Of a DNA stretch of 64,000 bases, positions 27,386-36,568 are shown piece after piece. The position numbers and the translations under genes are program-made. Source of the DNA: Candidatus Omnitrophota bacterium (GTDB lineage Bacteria > Omnitrophota > Gorgyraeia > JAZDFF01); contig JAZDFF010000031.1 in NCBI GenBank assembly GCA_043808095.1, positions 37,073-101,072 on the forward strand, given 5' to 3'. The notes under the pieces are model-generated. The model ran no database searches and was not told the DNA's origin. It worked only from the letters and a program-made list of their open reading frames with translations. Numbering within the stretch: the first letter of the stretch is position 1; every line of letters starts with the position of its first letter.

Positions 27386-29014
27386 TTACTTAGTAACCTT
27401 GTTCTTCTTTAACTCAATGATAAACTCACTCCTAACGCCAACCTTACTTTCCACTCCAATGCTCCCGCCATGTTCCTTAATTATCCCGTGGGTAATAGAC
27501 AGTCCTAGGCCTGTTCCGGTTTCCTTGGTGCCGTAAAATGGGTCAAAGATATGAGGAAGGTCTTTTGTCTGAATACCGGCTCCTGTATCCTTAATGCTTA
27601 TCTCAACCCAACCAGGCTCCTTATCTACAGTCTTTATGGTCAGGATTCCGCCCTGTGGCATTGCATCGAGCGCGTTGAGGATGATATTTAAGAACGCCTG
27701 TTTTATCTGAACCGGGTCAAGGTTTAGGATAGGATTTGTAGAGTTAAATTCTTTGACTAAGGCAACTTTCTTTTTTAATAAATCATTGGTTAAAAGCGAA
27801 AATGTATCTTCTAATAATTGGTGGATATCGCAGTCTTGTAGCTTAAGAGGGGTGGGCCTGGCAAAGTCAAGCAGGCCGTGGACGATATTATTGATTTTAT
27901 CTACCTCAGAGCCGACAATCCTTTGAAATTTCTCCAAGAATTCCGGATTGTCTTTATTTTCCTTAAGATACTCGGTAAAGGTCTTAATCGAGGTTAAGGG
28001 ATTCTTAATTTCATGGGCCATGCCTGCGGCTAGCGTTGCAACTGCCTTCATTTTCTCTGAGCGACGTATCTCTTCCTCCAGGCGTTCTTTTTCCAGTGCC
28101 AGGGAAGAGAGAGTGCCTTTGAAAAACAGTCGATCAATGATTTTCTGGATTCTGTCTTTGACAGGGTTAAAAAATAGGGCAATTACAAACGCCGCAAGGA
28201 TTGAAGCAACAAGAGAGCTATAGCCCATAAAAGTATGTAACAAGCGTTCAAGGAGCATAACAAAAATTAGATAGGTTGCTGTGATAAAGGCAACCAGAAG
28301 AGAATAAACTAGGCCTTTTTGAATGACTACTTTTATGTCCATGAGTTGGTGTTTGATTATTGCATAGGCCGACACAAAAATAAATATCGGAACAAGATAA
28401 TTACTAAATGGATTAAGAGGATAAAAATGCAAGTTATACATATAAGCCAAATTTGATAGGCCTCCTATATAACCGATAATAGTTGCCCAAAATAAATATT
28501 TTAATTGATTTTTTTTAGTTCCTGTTGATTTTCGATATTTCACATAGAAAAGCCTTTCTGCATAAATAACTGTTATTAAAAAATAGTACCATGTTAGGAT
28601 ATAAAGTGGCCCAACAAAAAAAGAATACTTGATAAATTGATTTGGAATTACTTTGTTAAGATATAATTTAGATGGAAATGTTAATAGGAAGATAATGGCA
28701 ATGACATAAGCAGATTTAAGAATAAAAGCTTTTTTAATATTTAATAATTTGACGACAAAATGTAAAAATAGCACCGGAATCAAAATTACTCCGATATGTT
28801 CCAATTTTCCAAACAGAAGCACCAAATTTTCTTTACCGATCCATCCAATCCAAGATTGACAAAAACTCCATTCAGCAATACATAAACAGAATATAAAAAA
28901 TATTTTGTTTACTGTTTGTTTTCTATTAGAAAAAAATACAAAAATACCAAGAGCAAGTGAAGTAAAACTCGAGAATAATAATGCAAACCTGTAATTAAAT
29001 TCGTAAAATTCCAT
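27386..29014 (-). CDS. Sensor histidine kinase with N-terminal 7TM domain (paralog of 15576..17189)
   Basis: The C-terminal part of the TM domain and the HK core are near-identical in places to 15576..17189 (AIIKHQLMDIKVVI..., AHEIKNPLTSIKTFTEYL). Confidence 0.8.
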   Translation of the reverse strand: MEFYEFNYRFALLFSSFTSLALGIFVFFSNRKQTVNKIFFIFCLCIAEWSFCQSWIGWIGKENLVLLFGKLEHIGVILIPVLFLHFVVKLLNIKKAFILKSAYVIAIIFLLTFPSKLYLNKVIPNQFIKYSFFVGPLYILTWYYFLITVIYAERLFYVKYRKSTGTKKNQLKYLFWATIIGYIGGLSNLAYMYNLHFYPLNPFSNYLVPIFIFVSAYAIIKHQLMDIKVVIQKGLVYSLLVAFITATYLIFVMLLERLLHTFMGYSSLVASILAAFVIALFFNPVKDRIQKIIDRLFFKGTLSSLALEKERLEEEIRRSEKMKAVATLAAGMAHEIKNPLTSIKTFTEYLKENKDNPEFLEKFQRIVGSEVDKINNIVHGLLDFARPTPLKLQDCDIHQLLEDTFSLLTNDLLKKKVALVKEFNSTNPILNLDPVQIKQAFLNIILNALDAMPQGGILTIKTVDKEPGWVEISIKDTGAGIQTKDLPHIFDPFYGTKETGTGLGLSITHGIIKEHGGSIGVESKVGVRSEFIIELKKNKVTK

Positions 29015-29168
29015 ATGCTTTATTTAAATAGAGAAGGGTTCATATTATCTTCGCCACTTTTTCTTTTTTTAACACCGCCAAGACGCCAAATTACTGTCTA
29101 TTGTGAGTCATTCGCAAAGGCGCAAAACCTCTGGCTGCTGATAGAGGGAGAGAGATTCCCGGACTTTT

Positions 29169-29441
29169 TTACCTATAAATTTCTCTTCTGTGGCCTAAGT
29201 CAATGATGTATATGATTAAGGTATTTTTATGGATAGTATAAATGATACGATAATCGCCTACGCGTAAAGAATAATCACCTGAAAGCTTACCTTGTAGGCG
29301 TTTTCCCTGATAAGGATCTGTTTTTAGAGTTTCTATGACGGTTATTAGGCGGGAATACAGTTTTTTATCTATTCTAAATATCTTTTCTAATGCTCCAGCC
29401 GCAAGCCGCGAAAATTCTATTTTAAACATCTGTTTTCTCAA
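29169..29441 (-). CDS. RelE/ParE-family type II toxin
   Basis: 90 aa. The C-terminal YRIIYTI...IIDLGHRREIY pattern is typical of RelE/ParE. Confidence 0.65.
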   Translation of the reverse strand: MRKQMFKIEFSRLAAGALEKIFRIDKKLYSRLITVIETLKTDPYQGKRLQGKLSGDYSLRVGDYRIIYTIHKNTLIIYIIDLGHRREIYR

Positions 29442-29709
29442 TTCTTGCGCGTAACTCTTCTAAAGAAACGGTTTTTCCGGCTTTAATTTCTTTCTTGGCC
29501 TGTTTTATCCTTCTTGCGGATTCTTTGTCCGAGAGGATCTCGATTGTTTCTAAAAATCCTTCATAATCATCGGGGCTTAGCATAATTGCGATCGGTTTTC
29601 CTCTTTTAGTAATAATATAGCGGTCTAGTTTGGTATCTATATTTCTTATTACCTTCGGTAATCCCGGGCGCAACGCCTTTAACGTAATGGCATTAACCAT
29701 TTTAACCAC
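29422..29709 (-). CDS. Phd/YefM-family antitoxin
   Basis: 95 aa. It overlaps the downstream toxin gene and has a Phd/YefM-like N-terminal fold signature. Confidence 0.6.
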   Translation of the reverse strand: MVKMVNAITLKALRPGLPKVIRNIDTKLDRYIITKRGKPIAIMLSPDDYEGFLETIEILSDKESARRIKQAKKEIKAGKTVSLEELRARIEKTDV

Positions 29710-29755
29710 CTCCTGAATAAAGTATACACTAAAGAGTATACTTTGTCAAGGAAGA

Positions 29756-30133
29756 TTAGATTATCTTTTCGACCTTTTCGAGTAAATCTTTTGACTCGAA
29801 GGGCTTGACGATATAGTCAGAGGCGCCGCTTTTTACAGCCTCTGTTGCCATTTCTACGCTTTTATAGCCGCTGACTACCGCGATTTTCTGATTTGGAGAA
29901 AGGCCCTTAATCTGTTTTAAGATATCCAGGCCGCTAATCTTGGGCATCTTGATATCAAGAAGGATAAGGTCAGGTTTTTGCCCCTTTTTGAGGCATTCCA
30001 GGCACTCCTGGCCGTCTGTAGCAAAGGAAAGGTCATAGTCCTTGCCTAAAATCAGCCTCAGCGACTCGCGGATGCCTTCTTCGTCATCGATGCAGTGGGA
30101 AATCTCACCAAACAGACCGATGCCAAAGCACAA
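29756..30133 (-). CDS. Response regulator receiver domain protein, possibly 5'-truncated at the junction with the Rhs gene
   Basis: The REC motifs (DDEE, LLDIKMP, SGY, KPF) are complete. The N-terminal few residues are encoded antisense to the Rhs coding sequence, and the only candidate start is a TTG. Confidence 0.55.
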   Translation of the reverse strand: MCFGIGLFGEISHCIDDEEGIRESLRLILGKDYDLSFATDGQECLECLKKGQKPDLILLDIKMPKISGLDILKQIKGLSPNQKIAVVSGYKSVEMATEAVKSGASDYIVKPFESKDLLEKVEKII

Positions 30134-33100
30134 GTTTTAAACTTTACCTATGACTCGCTCAATCGCTTAACTAGTAAATCCGCAGGCGACAAGACATCGG
30201 TTACTTATCAATACGACAGCGGCCCATACGGCATCGGCCGCTTGAGCAAAATCCCAGATACCTCAGGCCAGACCGAGTTTTTCTACGACAATTTAGGCCG
30301 CGAGATTAAATCTATCAAGACTGTGAGCGCAATTACTTATACTGTTGAGCGCACCTATGATGCCCTGGATAGGCTCACCAGCCTTAAATACCCTGATAAT
30401 AGCATGGTCTTCTACGAGTATAATCCTCAGGGCATCCAAAATGTCCATAGTTATTCATCCGACACTAACGGCCTTAAATTGTATTTGAATTGCAATGGCT
30501 CCGATGGTTCAAGAAATTTTATAGATGCAACCGGCAAAAACGTTAGTGTTTATGGCAATGCCCAAATAGATACTGATCAATACCAGTTTGGCGGTGCCTC
30601 TGGTTTGTTTGACGGCAATGGAGATTATCTCTCATTAGCAGATAGTGATGACTGGAGCTTTGGTTCAGAAGATTTTACAATAGATTTTTGGGTGAGATTT
30701 AATGCATTACCGTCGTCTGGGGATGGGGCGACAATTCTAAGTCAAAGAGAGTCGACTATTAGATGGTATGTGACATTGTGGAACAGAAGTGGAACTTATG
30801 AATGGCATTTCCAGACATCGGATGTTTCTAATAGTATTGTGGTGGTAAAGGCTACGACTGTAGCCATTGATACTTGGTATCATATAGCGGTTGTCCGCGA
30901 TGGCAATAATTTTATGATATTCCAAGACGGCGTTCAAGTAGGCACTACTGTAGCGAGTGCTGATTCTGTACCTGATGTAGCAGGACCATTAGATATAGGA
31001 ACTTTTAATAGAATAGACGCTAATTTGAATGGTTGGTTAGATGAGTTAAGAATTTCTAAAGGTATAGCCCGCTGGACATCCAATTTTACTCCACCAGATG
31101 AATCTGATTACTCCCAGTATAACTATGAAACCTTCATTGCCAACATCGACTATTCACCCACCGGCCAGATTACCAAGATTGTTTATGGAAATGGCACCGA
31201 AACCAACTATGCCTACAATCCCAATACGCTGCGGCTATCGCATCTGACTACGGGTTTATCCGGTCAGGCCGCCACTCTGCAAGACCTGCAATACCAATTC
31301 GACAATGTGGGCAATATCTCAAACATAGCCGACTCAATAAATACTGCCACCCAATCATTCAACTATGATGATTTGAATCGCCTCATTCAGGCGCAAGGCG
31401 CTTACGGCGCATTTAGTTATACTTATGATTCTATCGGCAATATGACTAATAAAGAAGGAGTGGCCTTAACTTATGGCAAGGCCGGGAAACTTCCTCATGC
31501 TGTTACTCAATACGGCTCGACGCTAATTGACTACGACGTTAACGGCAATATGGCCACTAAAGACAACCTGCAATATACCTATGATGCGGAAAACCGCCTG
31601 ACTGAAGTGGAAGACACAACCGCCACCCAGCCACAAACCCTGAATATCAGCCTGCAGCCGGGTTGGAATTTTGTTTCTTTTGCTGTTCTGCCCTCGATTA
31701 CCACGATTAGCTCAGTATTGGCCTCAATCGCCGGAAAATACGACCAGGTTTCTCGATACAATTCAACAACCAGATCCTTCGAGCATTATGTGGGTAATTC
31801 TAAATACGACCAGTTTTCTACCTTTGAATATGGCAAGGGTTATCAGATTTATGTCACTTCAGCAACAGGCGCGGCCCTGACTGTCACCGGAAATATCCCT
31901 TCTTCATTGGATATTTCGCTAAAATCCGGCTACAACCTGATTGCCTGTCCCCAAATGGCTGAGACACCGGTTGAAGAGGCGCTAAAACCTTTAAAATTAG
32001 GGGTTGATTATTCCAAGGTCCTGCATTATAATAAAAACTTAGCGCTCTTTGAAAAGTATGACGCAGAAAGCCACGAGTTCTCAAGCCTGAATCCGGGCGA
32101 GAGTTATTATCTCTATTGCCTGAAAAATACGAGCTGGGTGGCGCAGAATACCGCGCCGACGACAACTTTTGCTTATGACGGCGACGGCGGAAGGGTAAAG
32201 AAGACAGTCGGCTCAAATACCACCACCTACATCGGCTCGCTGTTTGAAAAAGACTCAAGCGGCAAGACTACTAAGTATATTTTCTCGGGAGCAAATCGGG
32301 TCTGCACAGTTGAATCAACCGGCGATAAATACTTCCATCATTCGGATCATCTGGGAAGCAGTAACGTCGTGAGCGACGACAACGGCCAGCAAATTGGCCT
32401 CACCGAATTCACTCCCTACGGCTCAGTTTCACAACAGGCCGGCACCTTTGACCCCAAACACAAGTTTACCGGAAAAGAACTCGACGCGAGTACGGGGTTG
32501 TATTTTTACGGCGCCCGCTACTACGACCCTACCATCGGGAGATTCATAACTGCCGATACGATTGTCCAGTCGCCCTACGATCCCCAAAGCCTGAATAGGT
32601 ATTCTTACTGTCGAAACAACCCTCTAAACTACACTGACCCGACTGGGCATAGTTGGAAGAAGTTTTGGAATAGCTTTGCTGGAGCGTTTGTAGCTGTTGC
32701 CCTTGCTTTTGTGCTTGGTCCTGCTGGGTTGTACTGGGTAGGTTCAACCATGGCCTGGGCAATCGGAGGGGCGGCAGGAGGAGCCCTCACAGGTGGACTT
32801 GAAGGCGGTTGGAAGGGTGCTTTAATAGGCGGGGCTCTAGGAGGTGCCCTAGGTGGTTTTGGCGCTTGGGGAGTAAGGGAATTTGGAGCTGGTTTTGGCT
32901 ATGGGATGTTAGCTGCCGGTGCAGGAGTGGCCGGCGCTACCGATAGCTGGGATAGCTTTGCAGGAGGAGTTGTCGGAGGAATTGCTGGAGCAGCAGTTGG
33001 GAATATTTGGAATGATTTTACTGGTGCACAGTCAGGAGTTAATAGAAATGATTTGGCTGCACAAACTGAACAATTAAAACAAGCCCAGCAAGCCCTTAAT

Positions 33101-33553
33101 ATAGAGCCGAATGAAACGATTAGAGTAGGCACAAGAGATGCAGTTTTAAATGCCGACCATCAATTAATACGAAGACAAAATGGTATGATTGTGGAGGCTG
33201 GTGCTGGTGAAGGTGGCAAGATGACAGTTTTCCAATATAATCCCCAAGATTATATTAATCCTGCTTCTCGTGTAAATCTAGCACCTACTCAAAAGCACAC
33301 CTTATCTGCTCTGTATGAAGGTAAACTACATTTACGATGGTCTAATCCTGTCCCTGTTAATTCAGCAAAACTAGATACTTTAATTAGCGGAGTTCAATCA
33401 ATATGGTCGGCTGCAAATTATGCTGCTGGAGCATTTAATAGTAACTATGCTATAAATACTTTTGTTTACGGTTCAGCGCCACTTGGAACAAAAATAACAG
33501 GTCTACATACATGGAGACCGAGTTTCTCGGGTAATTATGGGAAGGACCAATGA
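30095..33553 (+). CDS. Rhs/YD-repeat toxin, N-terminally truncated: YD repeats, LamG-like insert, RHS core ending DPTGH, glycine-zipper C-terminal toxin domain
   Basis: Repeated YD motifs (TYQYD, TYTYD, FAYDGDGGR), the core YFYGARYYDPTIGRFITADT...NYTDPTGH, then a unique 300-aa C-terminus. The ORF begins mid-repeat with a GTG. Confidence 0.8.
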   Translation: MGNLTKQTDAKAQVLNFTYDSLNRLTSKSAGDKTSVTYQYDSGPYGIGRLSKIPDTSGQTEFFYDNLGREIKSIKTVSAITYTVERTYDALDRLTSLKYPDNSMVFYEYNPQGIQNVHSYSSDTNGLKLYLNCNGSDGSRNFIDATGKNVSVYGNAQIDTDQYQFGGASGLFDGNGDYLSLADSDDWSFGSEDFTIDFWVRFNALPSSGDGATILSQRESTIRWYVTLWNRSGTYEWHFQTSDVSNSIVVVKATTVAIDTWYHIAVVRDGNNFMIFQDGVQVGTTVASADSVPDVAGPLDIGTFNRIDANLNGWLDELRISKGIARWTSNFTPPDESDYSQYNYETFIANIDYSPTGQITKIVYGNGTETNYAYNPNTLRLSHLTTGLSGQAATLQDLQYQFDNVGNISNIADSINTATQSFNYDDLNRLIQAQGAYGAFSYTYDSIGNMTNKEGVALTYGKAGKLPHAVTQYGSTLIDYDVNGNMATKDNLQYTYDAENRLTEVEDTTATQPQTLNISLQPGWNFVSFAVLPSITTISSVLASIAGKYDQVSRYNSTTRSFEHYVGNSKYDQFSTFEYGKGYQIYVTSATGAALTVTGNIPSSLDISLKSGYNLIACPQMAETPVEEALKPLKLGVDYSKVLHYNKNLALFEKYDAESHEFSSLNPGESYYLYCLKNTSWVAQNTAPTTTFAYDGDGGRVKKTVGSNTTTYIGSLFEKDSSGKTTKYIFSGANRVCTVESTGDKYFHHSDHLGSSNVVSDDNGQQIGLTEFTPYGSVSQQAGTFDPKHKFTGKELDASTGLYFYGARYYDPTIGRFITADTIVQSPYDPQSLNRYSYCRNNPLNYTDPTGHSWKKFWNSFAGAFVAVALAFVLGPAGLYWVGSTMAWAIGGAAGGALTGGLEGGWKGALIGGALGGALGGFGAWGVREFGAGFGYGMLAAGAGVAGATDSWDSFAGGVVGGIAGAAVGNIWNDFTGAQSGVNRNDLAAQTEQLKQAQQALNIEPNETIRVGTRDAVLNADHQLIRRQNGMIVEAGAGEGGKMTVFQYNPQDYINPASRVNLAPTQKHTLSALYEGKLHLRWSNPVPVNSAKLDTLISGVQSIWSAANYAAGAFNSNYAINTFVYGSAPLGTKITGLHTWRPSFSGNYGKDQ

Positions 33554-34482
33554 TAAAAAAATATTATATAATCGGTATTATAATATTAGTTTTTTTTACA
33601 GCAAAAGGCTTTGCAATAGAAGAGGTTAATATGTATCACGAATTGAAAAAAATTGATAAGTCTGGTATTTGGAAAAATATTTGGTGCGATGGGTATGAAA
33701 TACATCTATGTAACTTGCCTTTCTATAAAAGAGGAACAAAGTTATTTGAAGTAGAAAACCGTAAATTTATGCTTATAGGAAATCGTGAATTATCGCCTGA
33801 TGCAAAGAAAATAGCATTTACACTTGAGACTTATAAGCATAGAGCTTATCAGAATATTATTCGTACAGATCTCTATATAATGAATAGCGATGGAACAAAC
33901 CTTACGAAATTACCAACCGATGTATTTGAAAATATCTTTCTAATCGGTTTTTTAGGAGACGGCAAGCTTGTATTGGAACATTCCGAAGTAGAAAATTACC
34001 TTCATAAACCAGAAACTCGGGTAATCTATACCATAGACCTAAATACAAATAAAATTAATAAATTTGCTAATCAAAAAATTTCAATTAGTAGTCTCAATGC
34101 TTCTGCGAAAGGTGATTTATTAATATGCCCAGAACAGAATATGACTATTGTTTATGATGTTGAAAATAATGCAACCAAAAAAATGAATATAAAAATGGAT
34201 GCGCCTGTTCTGTCACCGGATGGTAAAAAAATTCTTTTCAGACGCGGCGATATGATGGGAAGTTATTACATTGTTAATATTGACGGAACTAATGAAGAAT
34301 TGTTGCTGTCAGATGAGAAGATTCGATATTTACTCAAAGGTTCTGGAGATTATAGAGATTTAGTCTATGCGAGTTGGTCTCCCGATTCAAGATTCCTCTT
34401 GTTTACTGAATCTTCGGACCTACAAAAAGGTAAGTCGTTTGTATTAGATATTGGCTCTAAAGAGATAGTTAAGATAAGGTAA
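33550..34482 (+). CDS. Putative Rhs immunity protein: secreted/anchored TolB/PD40-like beta-propeller protein
   Basis: Start overlaps the Rhs stop (ATGA). There is an N-terminal hydrophobic segment and PD40-like segments (DGTNLTKLPTD, SPDGKKILF, WSPDSRFLLF). Confidence 0.4.
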   Translation: MIKKYYIIGIIILVFFTAKGFAIEEVNMYHELKKIDKSGIWKNIWCDGYEIHLCNLPFYKRGTKLFEVENRKFMLIGNRELSPDAKKIAFTLETYKHRAYQNIIRTDLYIMNSDGTNLTKLPTDVFENIFLIGFLGDGKLVLEHSEVENYLHKPETRVIYTIDLNTNKINKFANQKISISSLNASAKGDLLICPEQNMTIVYDVENNATKKMNIKMDAPVLSPDGKKILFRRGDMMGSYYIVNIDGTNEELLLSDEKIRYLLKGSGDYRDLVYASWSPDSRFLLFTESSDLQKGKSFVLDIGSKEIVKIR

Positions 34483-34616
34483 TTTACAAGGCGAATTCCG
34501 GGGAATTCCGGGGACACACACGTAATTCACGGATTATTTGAATTTCATAAAATTACTAGACGCTTTATTTAAACACTTGGAAAATAAGGACAGCGACTAT
34601 TTATTTTTATATCTAA

Positions 34617-35981
34617 GCAAGTTCGCTCTTTGAAAAAGACTCAAGCGGCAAGAGCACCAAATACATTTTTTCAGGCGCAAACCGGGTCTGCACAGTTGAA
34701 TCAACGGGCAATAAGTATTTTCACCACTCAGACCATTTAGGCTCAAGCAATGTCGTTAGCGATGCCAATGGCGCTCAAGTCGGCCTGACTGAATTCACTC
34801 CCTACGGTTCAGTCTCAAAACAAACCGGCACCTTTGACCCCAAACACAAGTTCACCGGCAAAGAACTCGACGCGAGTACGGGGTTGTATTTCTACGGCGC
34901 CCGCTACTACGACCCTACCATCGGGAGATTCATTACTCCTGATTCAATAGTTCAAGCTCCAAGCGACCCACAGTCACTAAACCGATATTCTCAATCCCGG
35001 AACAACCCAATCACCTATATTGATCCCAATGGTCGATGGTTCTGGGCTGCTATAATTATTGGTGCTATTTTAGGGGGAGGTTCAGCAGCGGCAAATCACC
35101 AGCCTATATGGCAAGGTGTGCTTATGGGAGCTTTAGGGGGTTTGATGATTGGTGGAGGAGCAGCTGCTTTTGGTTTTTGGGGAGCAGTAGGAGGTGGAAT
35201 GATTGCCGGTGCATCTAATTCTGCTGTGTTTGGAGGCAATATTGGATTTGGTGCTCTTATTGGCGGTCTGGGAGCTGGCATAGGTTATGGTTTAGGTTCA
35301 TGGGCAAGTGGATGGAATGAGGGTAGTTTTTGGGGACAATTAGGTGCAGCAGTAACTGCAGGCAGCGTCGCAGGCGGAGTAGGAGCAGAACTTCAAGGTG
35401 GTAAATTCGGCCAAGGCGCGGGGATGGGAGCAGCATATGGGGCTGCTGGATTTTTTGGATCAAAAGCAGGCAATTGTCTTGACCCACGTATTCGTCAGGC
35501 ACAAAAATATGAACAAGAAGTTAGAAAAATGCACGCTCTTAATAGCAAAAATAACGACATGATAAAGATTGATGTTGGTGCGAGACCGGCGGTAGGTCCT
35601 GCAGATCATCGTTTTTTATTGAAATGGGAGATGGGTTCAAGATATCCAGGAAGTGGCCCTATAGAAACTACAAATACTATGGGCGATCTATCAAATTGGC
35701 CAACCTATAGGCATACTCAAAGTGCTATCAAATCGGGAATGGCACACTATGCTACCGCTGAAGTCAGCGCATCAGGTTTAGTTGATGCAATAGCCCTTTA
35801 CGAGCAGTATTGGGTTAATACGAATACAATTTATAGTGGTGGGAGTTATAATAGTAACTATGCCATAAATACTGTAATCTATAGTGCAGGTGGAACTGTG
35901 CCAGGAGGATTGGGCTTGACCCCCGCTTTTGGTACTGTACCCGCTTCCGCATTCTATCCCTATATACCTAAAGAACGATGA
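34617..35981 (+). CDS. Orphan Rhs C-terminal cassette (displaced rhs-CT): copy of the Rhs core end plus a divergent glycine-zipper CT domain; lacks an N-terminus
   Basis: Nucleotide identity to 32240-32560 is high. The translation LFEKDSSGKS...YFYGARYYDPTIGRFITPDS...DPNGR is followed by a different CT, whose C-terminal motif NSNYAINT is shared with the main CT. Confidence 0.65.
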   Translation, partial: ASSLFEKDSSGKSTKYIFSGANRVCTVESTGNKYFHHSDHLGSSNVVSDANGAQVGLTEFTPYGSVSKQTGTFDPKHKFTGKELDASTGLYFYGARYYDPTIGRFITPDSIVQAPSDPQSLNRYSQSRNNPITYIDPNGRWFWAAIIIGAILGGGSAAANHQPIWQGVLMGALGGLMIGGGAAAFGFWGAVGGGMIAGASNSAVFGGNIGFGALIGGLGAGIGYGLGSWASGWNEGSFWGQLGAAVTAGSVAGGVGAELQGGKFGQGAGMGAAYGAAGFFGSKAGNCLDPRIRQAQKYEQEVRKMHALNSKNNDMIKIDVGARPAVGPADHRFLLKWEMGSRYPGSGPIETTNTMGDLSNWPTYRHTQSAIKSGMAHYATAEVSASGLVDAIALYEQYWVNTNTIYSGGSYNSNYAINTVIYSAGGTVPGGLGLTPAFGTVPASAFYPYIPKER

Positions 35982-36385
35982 GCAAAATGAAGCAAAGTAT
36001 TATAGTACTCTCTATAGTATTAATTACAATTTATTTGTTAAATAATAATAGAGGAATCGCTATGGAGGATAAACTAGATCACAAGACTGTCATTAAAGAA
36101 GAATTAAAACAGATAGAGATTTCCGATGGAGTTAGTAAAAAGGAGGCAATTATTATTGCTCAGAATGAATTAATTAAAGATGGACTTGAAAAAGAGTATT
36201 ACATTTCTAAGCCAATAATAACGGAAAGTAAGTTGGTAGACGGGTGTTGGTTTGTTAGGTTTAACATGAAATTTAAATTCGGATATATATTGGAAAAAAT
36301 ATTATTTCTTGGAAGATGGTGCGGATACCATATTGAAAAGAAATCAGGCGAAATAAAAATGAAAGATTGGGGTCCTGACTTATAA
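35978..36385 (+). CDS. Small secreted/membrane-anchored protein, candidate immunity protein for the orphan CT
   Basis: ATGA overlap with the orphan CT. It has an N-terminal signal/TM segment and is paralogous to 37344..37712. Confidence 0.35.
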   Translation: MSKMKQSIIVLSIVLITIYLLNNNRGIAMEDKLDHKTVIKEELKQIEISDGVSKKEAIIIAQNELIKDGLEKEYYISKPIITESKLVDGCWFVRFNMKFKFGYILEKILFLGRWCGYHIEKKSGEIKMKDWGPDL

Positions 36386-36568
36386 ATAAAAAATCATAGA
36401 TATCTTTGTTCTCAAATGCAATTTAAGAAATAGGAGTTCTTATACCAATTTTTATATAGACTTATAAAGAGGCATTTATGAAAAGAGCACTTCTAGTCAG
36501 CATAAGCAATAATGGTGTCAGAACTCAATAACCCTTTTAATATATAAAATTGTCGTGTAAAAATTCCG

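Noticed and set aside
30095-30200. Treating the ATG/GTG at 30095 as the genuine N-terminus of a complete Rhs protein
   Set aside because: Translation starts in the middle of a YD repeat with no N-terminal secretion or trafficking domain. It is better interpreted as a truncated or fragmentary gene or a junction.
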